A stretch of DNA of 63,401 nt, the filler included, from Globobulimina sp. (taxonomy: Eukaryota), in the NCBI GenBank assembly GCA_003354225.1. It is 39 parts of 39 records of this genome, joined end to end, with 100 filler letters (N's around TTAATTAATTAA, not from the genome) between each part and the next. Parts side by side here need not be neighbours in the genome. Positions count along the whole stretch, not along the records: positions 9,776 to 11,304 come from PIVH01015254.1; positions 11,405 to 12,933 come from PIVH01015255.1; positions 13,034 to 14,562 come from PIVH01015256.1; positions 14,663 to 16,191 come from PIVH01015257.1; positions 16,292 to 17,820 come from PIVH01015258.1; positions 17,921 to 19,449 come from PIVH01015259.1; positions 19,550 to 21,078 come from PIVH01015260.1; positions 21,179 to 22,707 come from PIVH01015261.1; 31 more parts are not named here. One strand, 5' to 3'. Position 1 is the first letter of the stretch. Every line of letters starts with the position of its first letter. Under the pieces are notes generated by a model. It was not told the DNA's origin. It saw only the letters and a program-made list of their open reading frames with translations, and ran no database searches. A program made the translations under genes and the position numbers. Of this stretch, positions 11,293-24,436 are shown piece after piece.

Positions 11293-11404
11293 TATATATA
11301 ATTTNNNNNNNNNNNNNNNNNNNNNNNNNNNNNNNNNNNNNNNNNNNNTTAATTAATTAANNNNNNNNNNNNNNNNNNNNNNNNNNNNNNNNNNNNNNNN
11401 NNNN

Positions 11405-12704
11405 CGAATGATCCAACAATCCCAACAACCATTCCAAGCGCATGAAAGTGAGTTGAATTTAGAGGCTGTGACCAAATTCAAATTAGCACAACGCGCCGAC
11501 ATGGAGTTGGGATGGAATTTATTAAACATTGACTGTTTGAGCAGTACAGCGGCGCGAACCGCGCGGGTCTTGAAAATCGAAGTGGCGCAAAGGTTGGAGG
11601 ACTCATTCAAATTAAAACTCGCTTTCGACGATTTAATATGTCGCCAGTTATCCGACGAAGAGAACATGGTCGCTTTCACCGCCGCGCCTTTTTTGGGAGA
11701 TTGGAAAACTATGTGTAAATTAGGCAAGAAAATCGAGAAAATGCCCGGTGGCTTACAGCAATTACATATGATGTCGTTGCAATTGCCGATCCCCGATTTT
11801 CCACTCATTTATGAGTTGTGCAAAGAGTATAAATTGAATCACAAACAAGAGAACAAGACCGATCTTCAAGCGCTGGAATGGAAATTGTTCAATGTCCGCA
11901 AAATAAGAGTCAAATTCAAGGACGTTGACTGTGGCCAATTCGAACAGAAACGCAATGAATTAATGGCCGAGATCCATAAACAAGGCGATGTCGTATGTCA
12001 TTTTATTATTTTTGCTGTTTGATTGATTGATTGCTTTTTTTTGTTAGGAATGGGAAGATGTTCCAAATACTAATCATGTCCACATCAAACGAATGGGCGC
12101 CTTGTGCCAAGCAGTGAGCTTTGGGGAAATACCAATGATGTTAAATGGGCCATGGATGGCGCACAAAATTCATGTTCGGGGTCGCGCAGAAATGCCGCTG
12201 ATGAGTCCCGAGATGCAGCAGCAAGCGATGAATGGGCAAAATCCGTGGATGGGAGGGGGCGGCGGCGGCGGTCCAATGGGAATGGGTATGGGCGGTATGC
12301 CGGATCCCTCGCAAATGACCATATTGATACAAGAGGAGGAATGGAATTTGAATCAGGATAAAAAGAATACGGATTTGTATATTGGGACATATTCGTTGCG
12401 GCAACGACCGCAATTACCTAAAAATAAGCAAATAACCAGCGAGCACGCACCGGTTAATATGATCTTTGATTGCGAGGTTTTTATCGGGGATAATATGGAT
12501 AGCGATGCTACGGAGTCTAAGACTGATAATCACGATGAGAAAAACCCAAATGATCCAAATAATGGAAAGGATAATGTTGAGGAGGAGGAGGAGGAAAAAG
12601 GCAAAAAAAAAGTGGATAATGACAGTGATGAATGTGCGCAGGAAGATGAGGAAGAGGCTCAATTACCGATTGTGACTGAATTTGATGACCTTGAGTTAGA
12701 TTAA
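11405..12704 (+). CDS. Hypothetical protein with G/M-rich insert and acidic tail; intron 11993-12047
   Basis: A phase-0 GTATGT..TTAG intron joins the 11408 and 12093 ORFs in frame. Confidence 0.7.
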
Positions 12705-13081
12705 CATTTGTATTTACAACTAATAATTCTTACTTGTTTTTTTTTGTTTCTCTTGTTGATAATTCTGCCTTTTTTTTTCTCTTAAAGATCATAAATAACG
12801 TGTTCGGAAATGCACATGATTTGTGTTCGGAGACGCTTTTTTGCAGAAGGTCTATTGACCCATTTGTAAATGGACATGATTAATTTTCTTATTTTGTTGA
12901 CCTTTATACACCGAAGTTTTTTTCATTATATTTNNNNNNNNNNNNNNNNNNNNNNNNNNNNNNNNNNNNNNNNNNNNTTAATTAATTAANNNNNNNNNNN
13001 NNNNNNNNNNNNNNNNNNNNNNNNNNNNNNNNNTTTTACAAATTAACCGCCAGACAACATTGCAGCAAATTTATATTCTTT

Positions 13082-13993
13082 ATGAAAAATAACATGTTTG
13101 ATTTCCAATATTGTTTAAACAAAGGTTTTGTAAATATGGCCTTGAAAAATCTAATGAATGAAGAAGCATTTAATAAAAAAGCAGTGTGCATCAAACTTAT
13201 TTGTAAGTGGATATATCAACATTTTGAAGCAGAGAAAGACAATATTTGTAAGAAAAAAATCGCTCAAATATCAATTGCTGCCATAAACTCATATATGGCC
13301 AATATTCTATCCTCAACCCACACGATAAGAGTCATAGAACCAGACAAAGAGCAGGTGATTATTGAGCAATATCTATACCATTTAAAATCTGCATTGACGC
13401 TATGTAGCAAACAGAAAGTACCCGCAACAAAACACACTTTGAAAGCAAAGGCAAAGGCAAAGCAACAGCAAGAAAATGAGAACAAAAATGGGAATATACA
13501 TAGTTATAATATTGTACCATTGGGATTTTACTATTTCAAGGCTGGAATTGCATACAGAAAACATAATGGAACAGCTATATTTGGAAAGTTGTTGGAAAAG
13601 CATAATTTTGCATATACTCAGAATCAACTTAAACAGCAAATGAATTGGGATATGTTGGTAGATGCAATTTTTTTAAATTTGCAAGTAAATGATTATTTTA
13701 CAGTGTTTAAAGCATTGCGATTGGTGGCACAGAATCTATTGAATAAGAATGGGAAATATCGGATATTATATGCAAATAATAAAACAGTACAACAGCGTAT
13801 ATTATCACGAATTGGTGGGAACGAATTCTTATTTGGTTTAGGCTTCGAAAACGTTGCCAAACATAAGTTAGTTTGCGAGGATGCTGATTTTGACGTTGTT
13901 GCAACTGCGATTTCTGCAATAAACGCAAAATTAGTCTATATTGGAAAATTAGTGTGTTCAAATTCAAAACAGGCCACTTTACCAATTCCATAA
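13082..13993 (+). CDS. PUB (p97/Cdc48-binding) domain protein
   Basis: ALRLVAQNLL..KYRILYANNKTVQQRI...GGNEFLFGLGF matches the PUB signature. Confidence 0.8.
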   Translation: MKNNMFDFQYCLNKGFVNMALKNLMNEEAFNKKAVCIKLICKWIYQHFEAEKDNICKKKIAQISIAAINSYMANILSSTHTIRVIEPDKEQVIIEQYLYHLKSALTLCSKQKVPATKHTLKAKAKAKQQQENENKNGNIHSYNIVPLGFYYFKAGIAYRKHNGTAIFGKLLEKHNFAYTQNQLKQQMNWDMLVDAIFLNLQVNDYFTVFKALRLVAQNLLNKNGKYRILYANNKTVQQRILSRIGGNEFLFGLGFENVAKHKLVCEDADFDVVATAISAINAKLVYIGKLVCSNSKQATLPIP

Positions 13994-14663
13994 AAGAAAA
14001 GGAAGGTTAATTTGGATGATAATCGTGGTGCGCATGAGATTGAATTACATAATGGCAATGTTAAAAATAATGACAAAATGCATTGGAGCAGTATGATAAA
14101 GATCGTTCAGTAGTTTTATACATATATAAGACATCCGCAATAAATACGTTTGTGAATTTGTGTGTCTGTGCAATTTTCTACGTGTAACCCGAGTAAATGC
14201 ACAAATTAGTTTTATTTTTGTTTTGTTTGTTAATGTTAATTTAATCCTTTCAAACATGGAAAGCAAGTCACAAATTTCATAACCAGTATAGAACTGAAGA
14301 TAGTACGTATAGAACTTGTTGACTGAAAGTTTTTAAAATTCAAGTTTTCTTCTATCGATTTTAGAGTGCTACTAAAAATAGCTAAACAATATATTCCAAA
14401 AGATAAGTTGTATACATTTGATTCAATTATCTGAGAAACGCTTTGCAAATCCAGAAACGGTTTTCTATAGGTTTGTCTTGGGTTTGTTCTGTGTTTGTTA
14501 TAACTTTGTGTTGGGTTTGCAAATATATCGTTAAACGATGAGTTTTAATAGATAACCCCCACNNNNNNNNNNNNNNNNNNNNNNNNNNNNNNNNNNNNNN
14601 NNNNNNTTAATTAATTAANNNNNNNNNNNNNNNNNNNNNNNNNNNNNNNNNNNNNNNNNNNNG

Positions 14664-16191
14664 TGGTATAACATAACAGTACCATCGACCACATTAAATG
14701 GCTTATTACAAAACAATGTGTACAAAGATCCATATTATTCAGTAAATTTGCAAGACATTGATCCATCTCAATTTGAGGTGCCCTGGTTTTACAGAACACA
14801 ATTCATCACTGACAAGAATATGGACATTGTAAACAGCACAGTTTTGCTCAAATTATGTGGCATAAACTACGCAGCCAACATATGGATGAATGGCAAATTG
14901 GTTCGAGATAATACGACAATCATTGGAACTTTGGTTGAATTTAACATTGATATCACACCATTTATATCGACAACAGACATACGGAATGTCGTTGCGATGG
15001 AAATATCGAAACCTATTAACGGATGGACGTCGTCCTATAAATCTAGTATCGATCTTAGTATTTCTTACATCGATTGGAATCCAAATGTGCCAGATTCGTC
15101 AATGGGTCTTTGGAAACCTGTTTATTTGGATATTATTGATACTTTTCCAAATTTACAATTGCAATATCCATTAATTCGCAGTTTTGTGGATAAATCAGTC
15201 GAAAGCATGCAAAATGTGACAATGCCAACCAGTGCAAATCTAACAATTATGGTCGAAGTCAATAATTTTGAGGCTGTCGACATTACAGAAACGTTAACTG
15301 TTTACATCGAAACTGTTGGAAGAATCTCAAAACAAATTACATTGCCTGCAAAGTCAATGGGAAATAAAATCTTTTTACCGTTTGAAGATTATCCATTGTT
15401 ACAGTTGAAAGACACTGCATATTTATGGTGGCCATATCAGTTCTTAGCACCTGACGAAAAACCATATTTATATAACATATCATTTAGAATTGGTGAGAAT
15501 GTCGTTGATAACACAACGTTTGGAATTAGAGAGTCAACGTCTGAACTAATGACAAAATATAAGTTCTTATTATTTAGAATAAATCACAAAGCAATGTTGG
15601 TCGCAGGCGGTGGATATGCCACAAATCTGTTGTATGATTTTAATGAATCTTATGTTCGCTCAGAAATGCAATATATAAAACATTTGGGTCTCAACACAAT
15701 ACGCTTAGAAGGGAAATGGCCACGCTCTTTCTTTTATAAATTAGCAGATGAATATGGCATATTAATTCAACCAGGATTTGAATGTTGTGACTCTTGGCAG
15801 CATTGGGATTACTGGACCGATAATACATTATCCATTGCTTCAAACTCGTTGCGTTCCCAAATAAAAAAATTAAGAATCCATCCATCCGTATTCTCTTTCT
15901 TTGCTTCAAGCGATGAATTGCCACCAACCCATATCCAACAAATGTATGCTGACATATTTGAATCAGAATGTTGGCCAAATCCAATAATTGCATCCGCAGC
16001 AAATGACACTTCATCTATTTCTGGACCGACTGGTGTCAAAATGAGTGGACCCTATGGTATGTGGCCTAAATTGTCGATATGTTCCATCGATCATAAATAT
16101 TAAACAGTATGGGAGCCACCAATTTATTGGTCGCAATAGACTGTGGATGGCCCATTGCTGAATGGAAAAGGGCTTGGCGGAGCATTTGGAT
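14664..16191 (+). CDS. GH2 exo-1,4-beta-D-glucosaminidase (CsxA-like); intron 16057-16107; in-frame TAG at 16137; partial at both ends
   Basis: IDWNP..PD..MGLW, GGGY, LGLNTIRLEGK, GFECCDSW, HPSV, SSDE, GVKMSGPY|VWEPPIYW, GGAFG. Confidence 0.9.
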
Positions 16192-16291
16192 NNNNNNNNN
16201 NNNNNNNNNNNNNNNNNNNNNNNNNNNNNNNNNNNTTAATTAATTAANNNNNNNNNNNNNNNNNNNNNNNNNNNNNNNNNNNNNNNNNNNN

Positions 16292-16891
16292 TGATATTGA
16301 TTGATTTGCTGATAAATGGCAAATTTTTGTGAACGATTTAATCGCATAATTGGCAGTTTTATTATTTGTGTTTGTGTCGGTTTGTGGATTAAAAATACAA
16401 TTTGAAAAAATACGTTTTAAATCGTGGGTTAACTCGTTTTTGAACAATAAGATAATAATCGTTTTCTCAAATAATTGTGTGTCATTTTGAAAGCCAGCAA
16501 AATATAATAAACATTTGAAAGATGCATTCAATGTCGCGGTTGTGTTGGAAGAATGGAATAATTCAAGTAAAATATTCACAAATGAGAGGAATTGTTTGTT
16601 CATCCACAGTGCGGCTTTATTTTCTGTGTCGTTGTTGCTTGCTAAAAATGCGATTTTTTCATTGTAATGAATGAATATTCGTTGTAGCCATAAAATACCA
16701 TTTACTGATGTTGATGCATTTTGCTATGTTGTCGTAAAAATGATAGTATAATGTTTAGAAAACAATAGAATTCAACGATTAAATCATACCTTGAACAATT
16801 TAATTAATTGTGGTAACTTTTGCAGATTTTTGGGATCGTTTATAATTCCTTGAGAGTGGTTTTTGAAATCCTTGGTCGCAGCGTTGGCCAT
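16292..16891 (-). CDS. Helical-repeat protein N-terminus, possibly Noc4-like; intron 16724-16789
   Basis: Exon from ATG 16891 splices in frame to the 16603 ORF. WMNKQFLSFVNILLELF..ASFKCLLYF resembles the Noc4 N-terminus. Confidence 0.4.
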
Positions 16892-17206
16892 TGTCAGTAA
16901 AGTCAACTGAAGCTACAAAACTTGTCGATTTTATAAATTTGATTGAATTAAAATGCAATCGTGATTTTATTGAATTAGAAAAAAAAACGTGAATGACGTG
17001 ATGAGAATTGTTACTTTTCACCAACATCGACAACCGGCAACAATACAAGAAAAAAAAAGCAGACATACAAATAACTTATAAATGCAATACAAAAACACAA
17101 AATGCAGTGCAGTAACACGACAAAAAAGATAACAAACATTGCGTATTTTGAAAAAAAAAATATGTTAAAAAAAAATAAATCAAAAAAAAAATTATTACTA
17201 TACTTT

Positions 17207-17719
17207 TCATGCAGTAATTTCATCAAAAAAATCTAGAAATTCTTGTCTATCCGTTATTGGTTTACGCAGCGATGGATTGCCCGGATCCAAACATTTCTGA
17301 TGTAATTCATAATGTTTCCTTTGTTTTGCTTTCCTTCGTTGTTTCGGTTGAATCAATGTAACAAATCCCTCCATAATTATTGCTGCTGCCTCATATTCAT
17401 CGCTTCGTTGTGGAACTTCTGTTGTTTCAATGCTTTTCGAGTGGTTTGATTTGCGACGAATACTTATATTGTATTGATCAATTAACGTTGGTAGATATGA
17501 TATGACATTCAATGATGTTTGTATTTCACCAATAACTTCATTACTTACAGATAAAAGGTATTCAAATAAATACATCGATACGGCGGAATGCAGTTGATAC
17601 AAAAAGTTTTTTTGATGTTTTGGAAGTGTTTTAGTAACAATCAGAGTGCTGAGAAACGTTAACAAACGGAGCAGCTTTAGAGAAAATTCATGAATTTTCT
17701 TGCTTTGCTTTTGAAACAC
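17207..17719 (-). CDS. Hypothetical protein C-terminus (weak FANCI C-terminal resemblance)
   Basis: 170-aa helical ORF; segment LPTLIDQYNISI. Confidence 0.35.
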   Translation of the reverse strand: MFQKQSKKIHEFSLKLLRLLTFLSTLIVTKTLPKHQKNFLYQLHSAVSMYLFEYLLSVSNEVIGEIQTSLNVISYLPTLIDQYNISIRRKSNHSKSIETTEVPQRSDEYEAAAIIMEGFVTLIQPKQRRKAKQRKHYELHQKCLDPGNPSLRKPITDRQEFLDFFDEITA

Positions 17720-17920
17720 TGTTATGTGGATTTCTTAGCACTGAATGTGACCCATTTGTTGGTAGACTTCATATAATCTTCATATTCATGTCCAAATTTG
17801 TCAATTAACTGCTTTTCTTCNNNNNNNNNNNNNNNNNNNNNNNNNNNNNNNNNNNNNNNNNNNNTTAATTAATTAANNNNNNNNNNNNNNNNNNNNNNNN
17901 NNNNNNNNNNNNNNNNNNNN

Positions 17921-19449
17921 AATCAACAATAATTGAATTCATACTGATCAACTCCATAACATCTATAATCGCATCAATATCCTCAATTAATATGAAAATA
18001 TGTTCCAACCGCAATACAAAATTAATCAAACCCGAGTCCTGATCCACCGTAACCCCCATCTCTCCAAATACGCGCACAACAGCAACCGTCGGATACATGC
18101 TTGGATTATGTGTTGGATTCGCTGTCGGACTCAGAGTCGACAATGGATTATTTGTTGGGAAATATGATGGGTTTACAGTTGGGAAATATGATGGGTTTAC
18201 AGTTGGGAAATCCGTTGGGTTTGAGGTGGGTTTTTTACTCGGAACCACCGTGGGAGCATAGGAAGGACTCAGTGGATGATACGTGGGCATCACAGTAGGC
18301 ATATACGAGGGACTGAGTGTAGGGAACTCAGTGGGAGTATATGATGGACCAAATGTAGGTGCTATACTTGGCATAAATGAAGGACCGAATGTAGGCGTCA
18401 TTGTAGGTAGCACTGTGGGAGCAAAACTCGGGTTATTTGTAGGAAACAAACTGGGCGCAAATGTGGGTGGTATTGTAGGCTGTTTACTGGGCGATGTTGT
18501 TGGGAGAAAGCTAGGTGGCAATGTGGGATTGGATGTGCTTGGATGCATAGTGGGAGAATGTGTGGGGACTGCAGTTGTGGGAGAAGTCGAAGGCGAAGAC
18601 GTAGGACAGTTACTTTGTGATATAACCGTGATTGGCTGTGCATTGATATCGATCACATTGTAGCCAGTACCCGAGACATACAATGACTTTGCCGTTGTAG
18701 TGGCACTCAGTGAGCTTTTCAAGCCAATATAACCAGAATATCCGTCATGTTTTATGTGTGCTAAGTGCGTGTCGTCTGTGTGGGAGATAATGTGTCGATC
18801 ATTGAGATAGAGATTGAATATGTTTGTATGTGGTGTTATATGTATGCTCAATAGATTTGTATCGACAACATTAGCAACGACAGCAACAAATTCTAATAAT
18901 GTGGTAGTGGACCCGTGGTGATATAATAAACCTAAATAAAATAGGTTTGTCGACAATTTCTGTAGGAAAATATAATAATATGCACAGGTGGTGGCTTGTA
19001 AGGAGCTATAGATTGTCAAGCCAGAATAGCCAGAATTTGAGCTGATGACAAAGGAAAATGTATAGTCAATTACTAATACATCGGGACCATTATACCATAA
19101 CTTATCCGCCAACACAAAATCGCTGTTTTCACTCAAAATGCTGGTGCAGTCGTCCAAAATGTCCCAGTTCCCATTCATTTTGGTCCACGCACTGTCACCG
19201 CAGAGCTGTGAAGGCATTTGTCAGAGTGCGTAGTTTATGGAAAGAGTGCCATCGCAAAAAGTGTCCATAAAGGAATAATCATTGCTGGCGGATAAGTGAA
19301 CACAATCTTTGTCAGCATGATGAATGGTCATCGAATTGAACATAAAATCAAATGGTGTGCCATCATCATAAATGTATAGACCTTCCGAGTCGATATCATT
19401 TAAACCAATGAGGCAAACCGCACCCAACAATGCACATAAATTTCTAGCT
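17921..19449 (-). CDS. C-type lectin domain + beta-rich domain + long PTxxP stalk surface protein; in-frame TGA at 19221-19223
   Basis: [41 protein letters not shown]. The two track ORFs are in the same frame. Confidence 0.8.
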
Positions 19450-20121
19450 NNNNNNNNNNNNNNNNNNNNNNNNNNNNNNNNNNNNNNNNNNNNTTAATTA
19501 ATTAANNNNNNNNNNNNNNNNNNNNNNNNNNNNNNNNNNNNNNNNNNNNCGCCGAGGCGGTCCTCGACGGGCTAGTGGACGCCGCGGCGCTGTGGCAGCC
19601 GGACTTCCGGACTTGAAATGGTCAGACAAAAAACTGCTCAATTACATCCGTGACAAAGTGGACTACCAAATCGCCGATTACATCATCCATACACAGAATG
19701 ATTTGATTGGTTTAACTCACACCTATCTGTATGGCTCGCCGTGTACTGTTGATCAGTTGGATTTGGATCATGCAGAATGTGATCTGGTGACGCAACTCCC
19801 TCATCTCTCCCAGCCGCTTTCTGCTGAATTCTTTAGCAAGTTTCAGGCGAGTTTGGCGTCTCAGCATCTCAGTTGATTGTTATTGGGCTTTCTCTTTTGG
19901 GGGTTTCTGTTTGTTTTGATTCGATTTGGACTGTTGGGTATGTTTTGTTTTATGTTTATGATATTATACTTAGACGATTTGGAGGATTTCTGATAGTTTC
20001 ATGTTTATGAAATGTTAGGAATGGGAGTATATGTTTAATTATATAATAATAAAAATATATCTTTTTGTCCACAATCGAGATCAAAGTAAAACATGTAAAC
20101 TAAATATATACAGTCTAACAT

Positions 20122-21078
20122 TTATTCATAATATTCAAATCCGTCATCATCATCTCTTCTGACAACTTTTTGTTGCTCCTCCTCATGTTTTGTCTTTTTA
20201 GCTTTAATCATTTCATTTGTTGGATTCTTTGTGTCAGCAACATCGTATTCTTTATTACTTTTATAACGAATATAACAACAAAAACATATACCAATCAATA
20301 AACAAAATAAAACCACCGCCAATATAATCACATATTCAATCTTCAGAAAACTGACACCAAATAAACCTGCCTCGAGCTCTTCATTAGAAGCACCTGAAGT
20401 GTCTGTAATTTCTGTTGTACTCTCCGCAACAATTTGTGTTGGCACTTTTGTTGGAGCTGCTATTGGTAATTTTGTTGGTGACTGTGACGGTGACTGAGTT
20501 TGATTGGAATCTAATGGAGAAAGAGTTGGTGCTTTTGTTGGAAATGTTGTTGGGAATTTTGTTGGGAATGCGGTTGGCGATTTTGATGGGTTATGAGTTT
20601 GGTTTTGAGCTAACGGAGAACGCGTTGGTACAGGAATAGGTGCTCGCGATGGTACTTTTGTTGGTGACTGCGACGGTGATGATGTTATTGGAGAAGTCGA
20701 TGGTTGGCCTGTTGGAGTTTGTGATGGCAAATTTGTTGGAGAGACAGTTGGATTTGTTGAAGGTGGATCCGATGGCATCGCTGTTGGTGGCAATGAAACT
20801 CTGTACAGGCAATCATGAGAAATCTGAAAAACGTTCCAAAAACATATAATATATAACATACGCTCCAGAACATGTAAATTGAACAGCAACGTTTCCAGGA
20901 TCCCCGACGTATGTAACCACATCACCATTTTTGAAAGGTGTTAGAAAGCCAGGATCAGTTTGTACGAATGAGCCAGATATTGGCTGACATCCCCAATTCG
21001 ATGCAATATCAGTAACACACATCCATTTGGCGTGTTTTTCGTTATATATTAAATACGGCGAAGTGCCCGCAGTGCTAA
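20122..21078 (-). CDS. Single-pass membrane protein with PT-repeat stalk (5' truncated; intron ~20804-20860)
   Basis: PTxxP repeats; TM YVIILAVVLFCLLIGICFCCYI. A GTATGT..ACAG intron links it to the 21022 frame. Confidence 0.75.
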
Positions 21079-23233
21079 NNNNNNNNNNNNNNNNNNNNNN
21101 NNNNNNNNNNNNNNNNNNNNNNTTAATTAATTAANNNNNNNNNNNNNNNNNNNNNNNNNNNNNNNNNNNNNNNNNNNNCTGTTTTCTTGTGTGAAGATGT
21201 TTTTGTGTCCATAAATTTTTCTTAGGAATGCTTTATATGCGAAAATCTGCAATTTGGTACATTTATAAGGTAACAAATAAAAATAACTAAATAATTCTGA
21301 TAAATAACCTTTTTTGTACATTAAAACACTTGAAATAGCAAAACTACTTGCTGATAAGCCCTAGGTTCAATGCTTATTCAATGTAACAACTGTGGACGAT
21401 CTCTTCATACAAGCTATATCGTAGTATTAATATTTATTATTATAGAAATAGTAGGCCACCACAATACAGCTCGTACGGGAATAGAAGTGAGCAGCGTTAT
21501 CACAAACCAACAGCAAACACATGTATAAGATATCGATCTGTCGAGAAGCGACAGCAGAGACATGTCTAACGGGCAGGAAACAAAACAAAGAACAAAACCG
21601 GTCCTGGCATTTACCAAGCATGTCGTCTGCACGACATTCCTCCCCCCATGGAATAAGTGGAAAACCACGAATCCATGGAAGTGGAACGCAGCTTAGGCGA
21701 CAACTTGACAACTGACAGACAATATAAATACAAAATGCATCAATAATATAGATTACAAATATAAAATAGAAAGAAAATACACAAATATCCAGCATTTACA
21801 AGTTACTATATAGCATTACAAAATAGCAATTTTACAAAAAATAGTTTTTATTACATATTACAGCATTATATAATTGTTGTCTTGTCTTTACCAAAAATCC
21901 AGTGATCACAGGCAAAATCCAGGATAATGATATCTACATCCCTCCTCCCATGTGAAAAGTGAAAGTTCTAGAAAATAAAATAAAATACATACAAGAGATT
22001 TACTGAAAAATAAAAAACTTACTCTAAAAGAAAAGCACAAATTATATTATAGTGGGGAACTATTGTATACTCTAATGGGGGATGTGTACTGTGGTGTGAT
22101 GCTAAAAGAAATTATTACGTGACTGTATGGGACAACCATATTGTTAGTAAGGAGAAAAAGTAAACAAATCCTAATAATCTTGGCACGTGCTCAGACACAG
22201 ATCAATAACCAATGATCGTCCAATCCATGAAAATAGGAAAGCGTCCGAGGGTAGCAAAACAATTCCATCGGCACTGGCTGCACACATTCTGGAGCATGTC
22301 AGAATATACCAAATAGGTTCGAATGCTGACCACTTGCAATACCACACGTAGCCACGGGAAAAAAAAGAAAAGTTAGCAGGGTTTTTAGCCAGAAAATTTT
22401 GGTTAGTAGGTACGGTACCCGCGAAAAAAGAATAAAATAAAAAAAGAAGACACTTTGTATGGCAAAACTAAAAAGAAAGAAAATATAATATCACAATAAG
22501 GACACAAATAAATGATACAAAACAAACTTAAGGTTCCAGCCACAGAACTTACAACAATTCGATGTTATCTCAGCTACGATTGCATGGATTTCTTGACCAA
22601 CTTCACCCAACCAACCATCTAACGCTGGACAGAGGAAAACCACTAGACCGATTCACCAGAATGGAATTACTGCACCACCAAACTGCAAATCCGTCTGAAC
22701 ATCCGCTNNNNNNNNNNNNNNNNNNNNNNNNNNNNNNNNNNNNNNNNNNNNTTAATTAATTAANNNNNNNNNNNNNNNNNNNNNNNNNNNNNNNNNNNNN
22801 NNNNNNNTAAAGTAAAGTAGTTTTCTAAAGATGTAAGAAAAACTAGAACTCAAAAAATTTTACTTTGAAATGAGTGAAAGAATCAAAAGTATTTTCCGGA
22901 GTTATAAATTAAAAAAATGTACAAATTAATTATTGTATAGCAGAGATGTATAGATGTATAACAAAAAAAAAATGCGATCATATTTTAAACGAAAAACATG
23001 TGAATCTATATCGTTAAACAGAGCCACGTTGTCATTTAAAATGCATGCGAGGTCGAAAAGCGTTAACCATGCAATCATCGGGAAAAAAAAAGAAATATAT
23101 ATATGATGGAAAATATAAAACAGAAAAAAACAGATTGTCGAACCAAAAAAACGATATACGTACATAATTAATGCGGACGCCTTATATACAAATTAATTAC
23201 AGGTACAATGCGTAAAAAGAACAAAAGTAATAA

Positions 23234-24206
23234 TTATTGTACAACATTACGAAACCAATAATTTTTAATTGCAAAATGAAACAAATTGGTGATTGTATTT
23301 TCATTTTGAATACAAATTGAAATACATGGAATATTATAACATTTAGCCAATTCATCAATTGCTTTACAATTAGAACTTGCTTCATTTTGCACCGAATCTT
23401 TAATTTTTACGATAATGCAATTTTTCATACAATTTGTTTGGTTCCACAGCATTTTACACAAATTATTTGCTCTGATAAGTGCATCATATTCATGTAATAT
23501 AATCATATGAATTAATGGATATTTTGATGTTTTATTATTACATTTATTACCAATTATCATTAAATCTAACCTAATCTTGCATGCATCCACATGCATCGTA
23601 CGAATATATCCAGGCTTGGTTGGAGGTGCTCGCAATTGTAACGAAGGTAATGTTGCATCGCACATAACATCAAATATGGATTCACTGTCTTTGCTGTCTG
23701 TATATTACAATATGGTTCTTGCGATTTTTTATATGGACGTGTACGAAGTTATATCTTTTTTTATAAAAATTGTGCAGTTCCGATTTTCAGAAACAACCTT
23801 AGAAAAAATAGAAAGCAAAACATATATAAATTTAACTGTTAACATGAAGACCAATCGAAACAGAGTCAGTTGAGAAATTTGTTTGAGTTAAATACCAATG
23901 TTGACATAATTTTTTCTGAAATAATTGATTTTGCTCTGAATAATATTTTTCGCGTTTTATAATCGGATGTAATATCTTATATTCTTCTCTATGATGAAAT
24001 GAATGGTCTTTAATTAAATACATAATTTCTTTAGGAATTACAGCATAGAAACTGGACAAAGAGAGAATTAATGCATTGTCATGCTTATTGGACCAAATCC
24101 AATCTTTTGTTGAACAACGGACAATATCTACGGTTTTTATTCGCGTATCATTCGTAAAACAATTACATCCGCCATAGCACGCAGGTTTGGCGCCAGTTGA
24201 ACCCAT
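23234..24206 (-). CDS. Degenerate Ras-like small GTPase fold with N-terminal extension (spliced)
   Basis: GYIRTMHVDACKIRLDL, IIVKIKD and LAKCYNIPCISI..ITNLFHFAIK follow Ras topology. No GxxxxGKS or DTAG seen. Starts MGSTG. Confidence 0.55.
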
Positions 24207-24436
24207 AATGTTACGTTAAACGATTTGTAAAGAAAAGAGTGTAAAATCAAATGATTCTAGTAAGGTACCCAGCTGTTTTTAATCTTACAATTTCAGCCCC
24301 TTTTGGTATTTTACGAGTAATGCTGTCCTTCTTTACNNNNNNNNNNNNNNNNNNNNNNNNNNNNNNNNNNNNNNNNNNNNTTAATTAATTAANNNNNNNN
24401 NNNNNNNNNNNNNNNNNNNNNNNNNNNNNNNNNNNN

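Noticed and set aside
18101-18663. Val/Gly-rich plus-strand ORFs (also 5505-5835 and 20415-20849)
   Set aside because: Antisense shadows of PTxxP-repeat coding sequence.
16137-19223. Genome-wide stop-codon reassignment
   Set aside because: Only single TAG and TGA cases, while TAG, TGA and TAA all end other genes at expected positions. Kept only as site-specific findings.
21179-22707. Several short ORFs
   Set aside because: No recognisable motifs or consistent exon structure; treated as non-coding.
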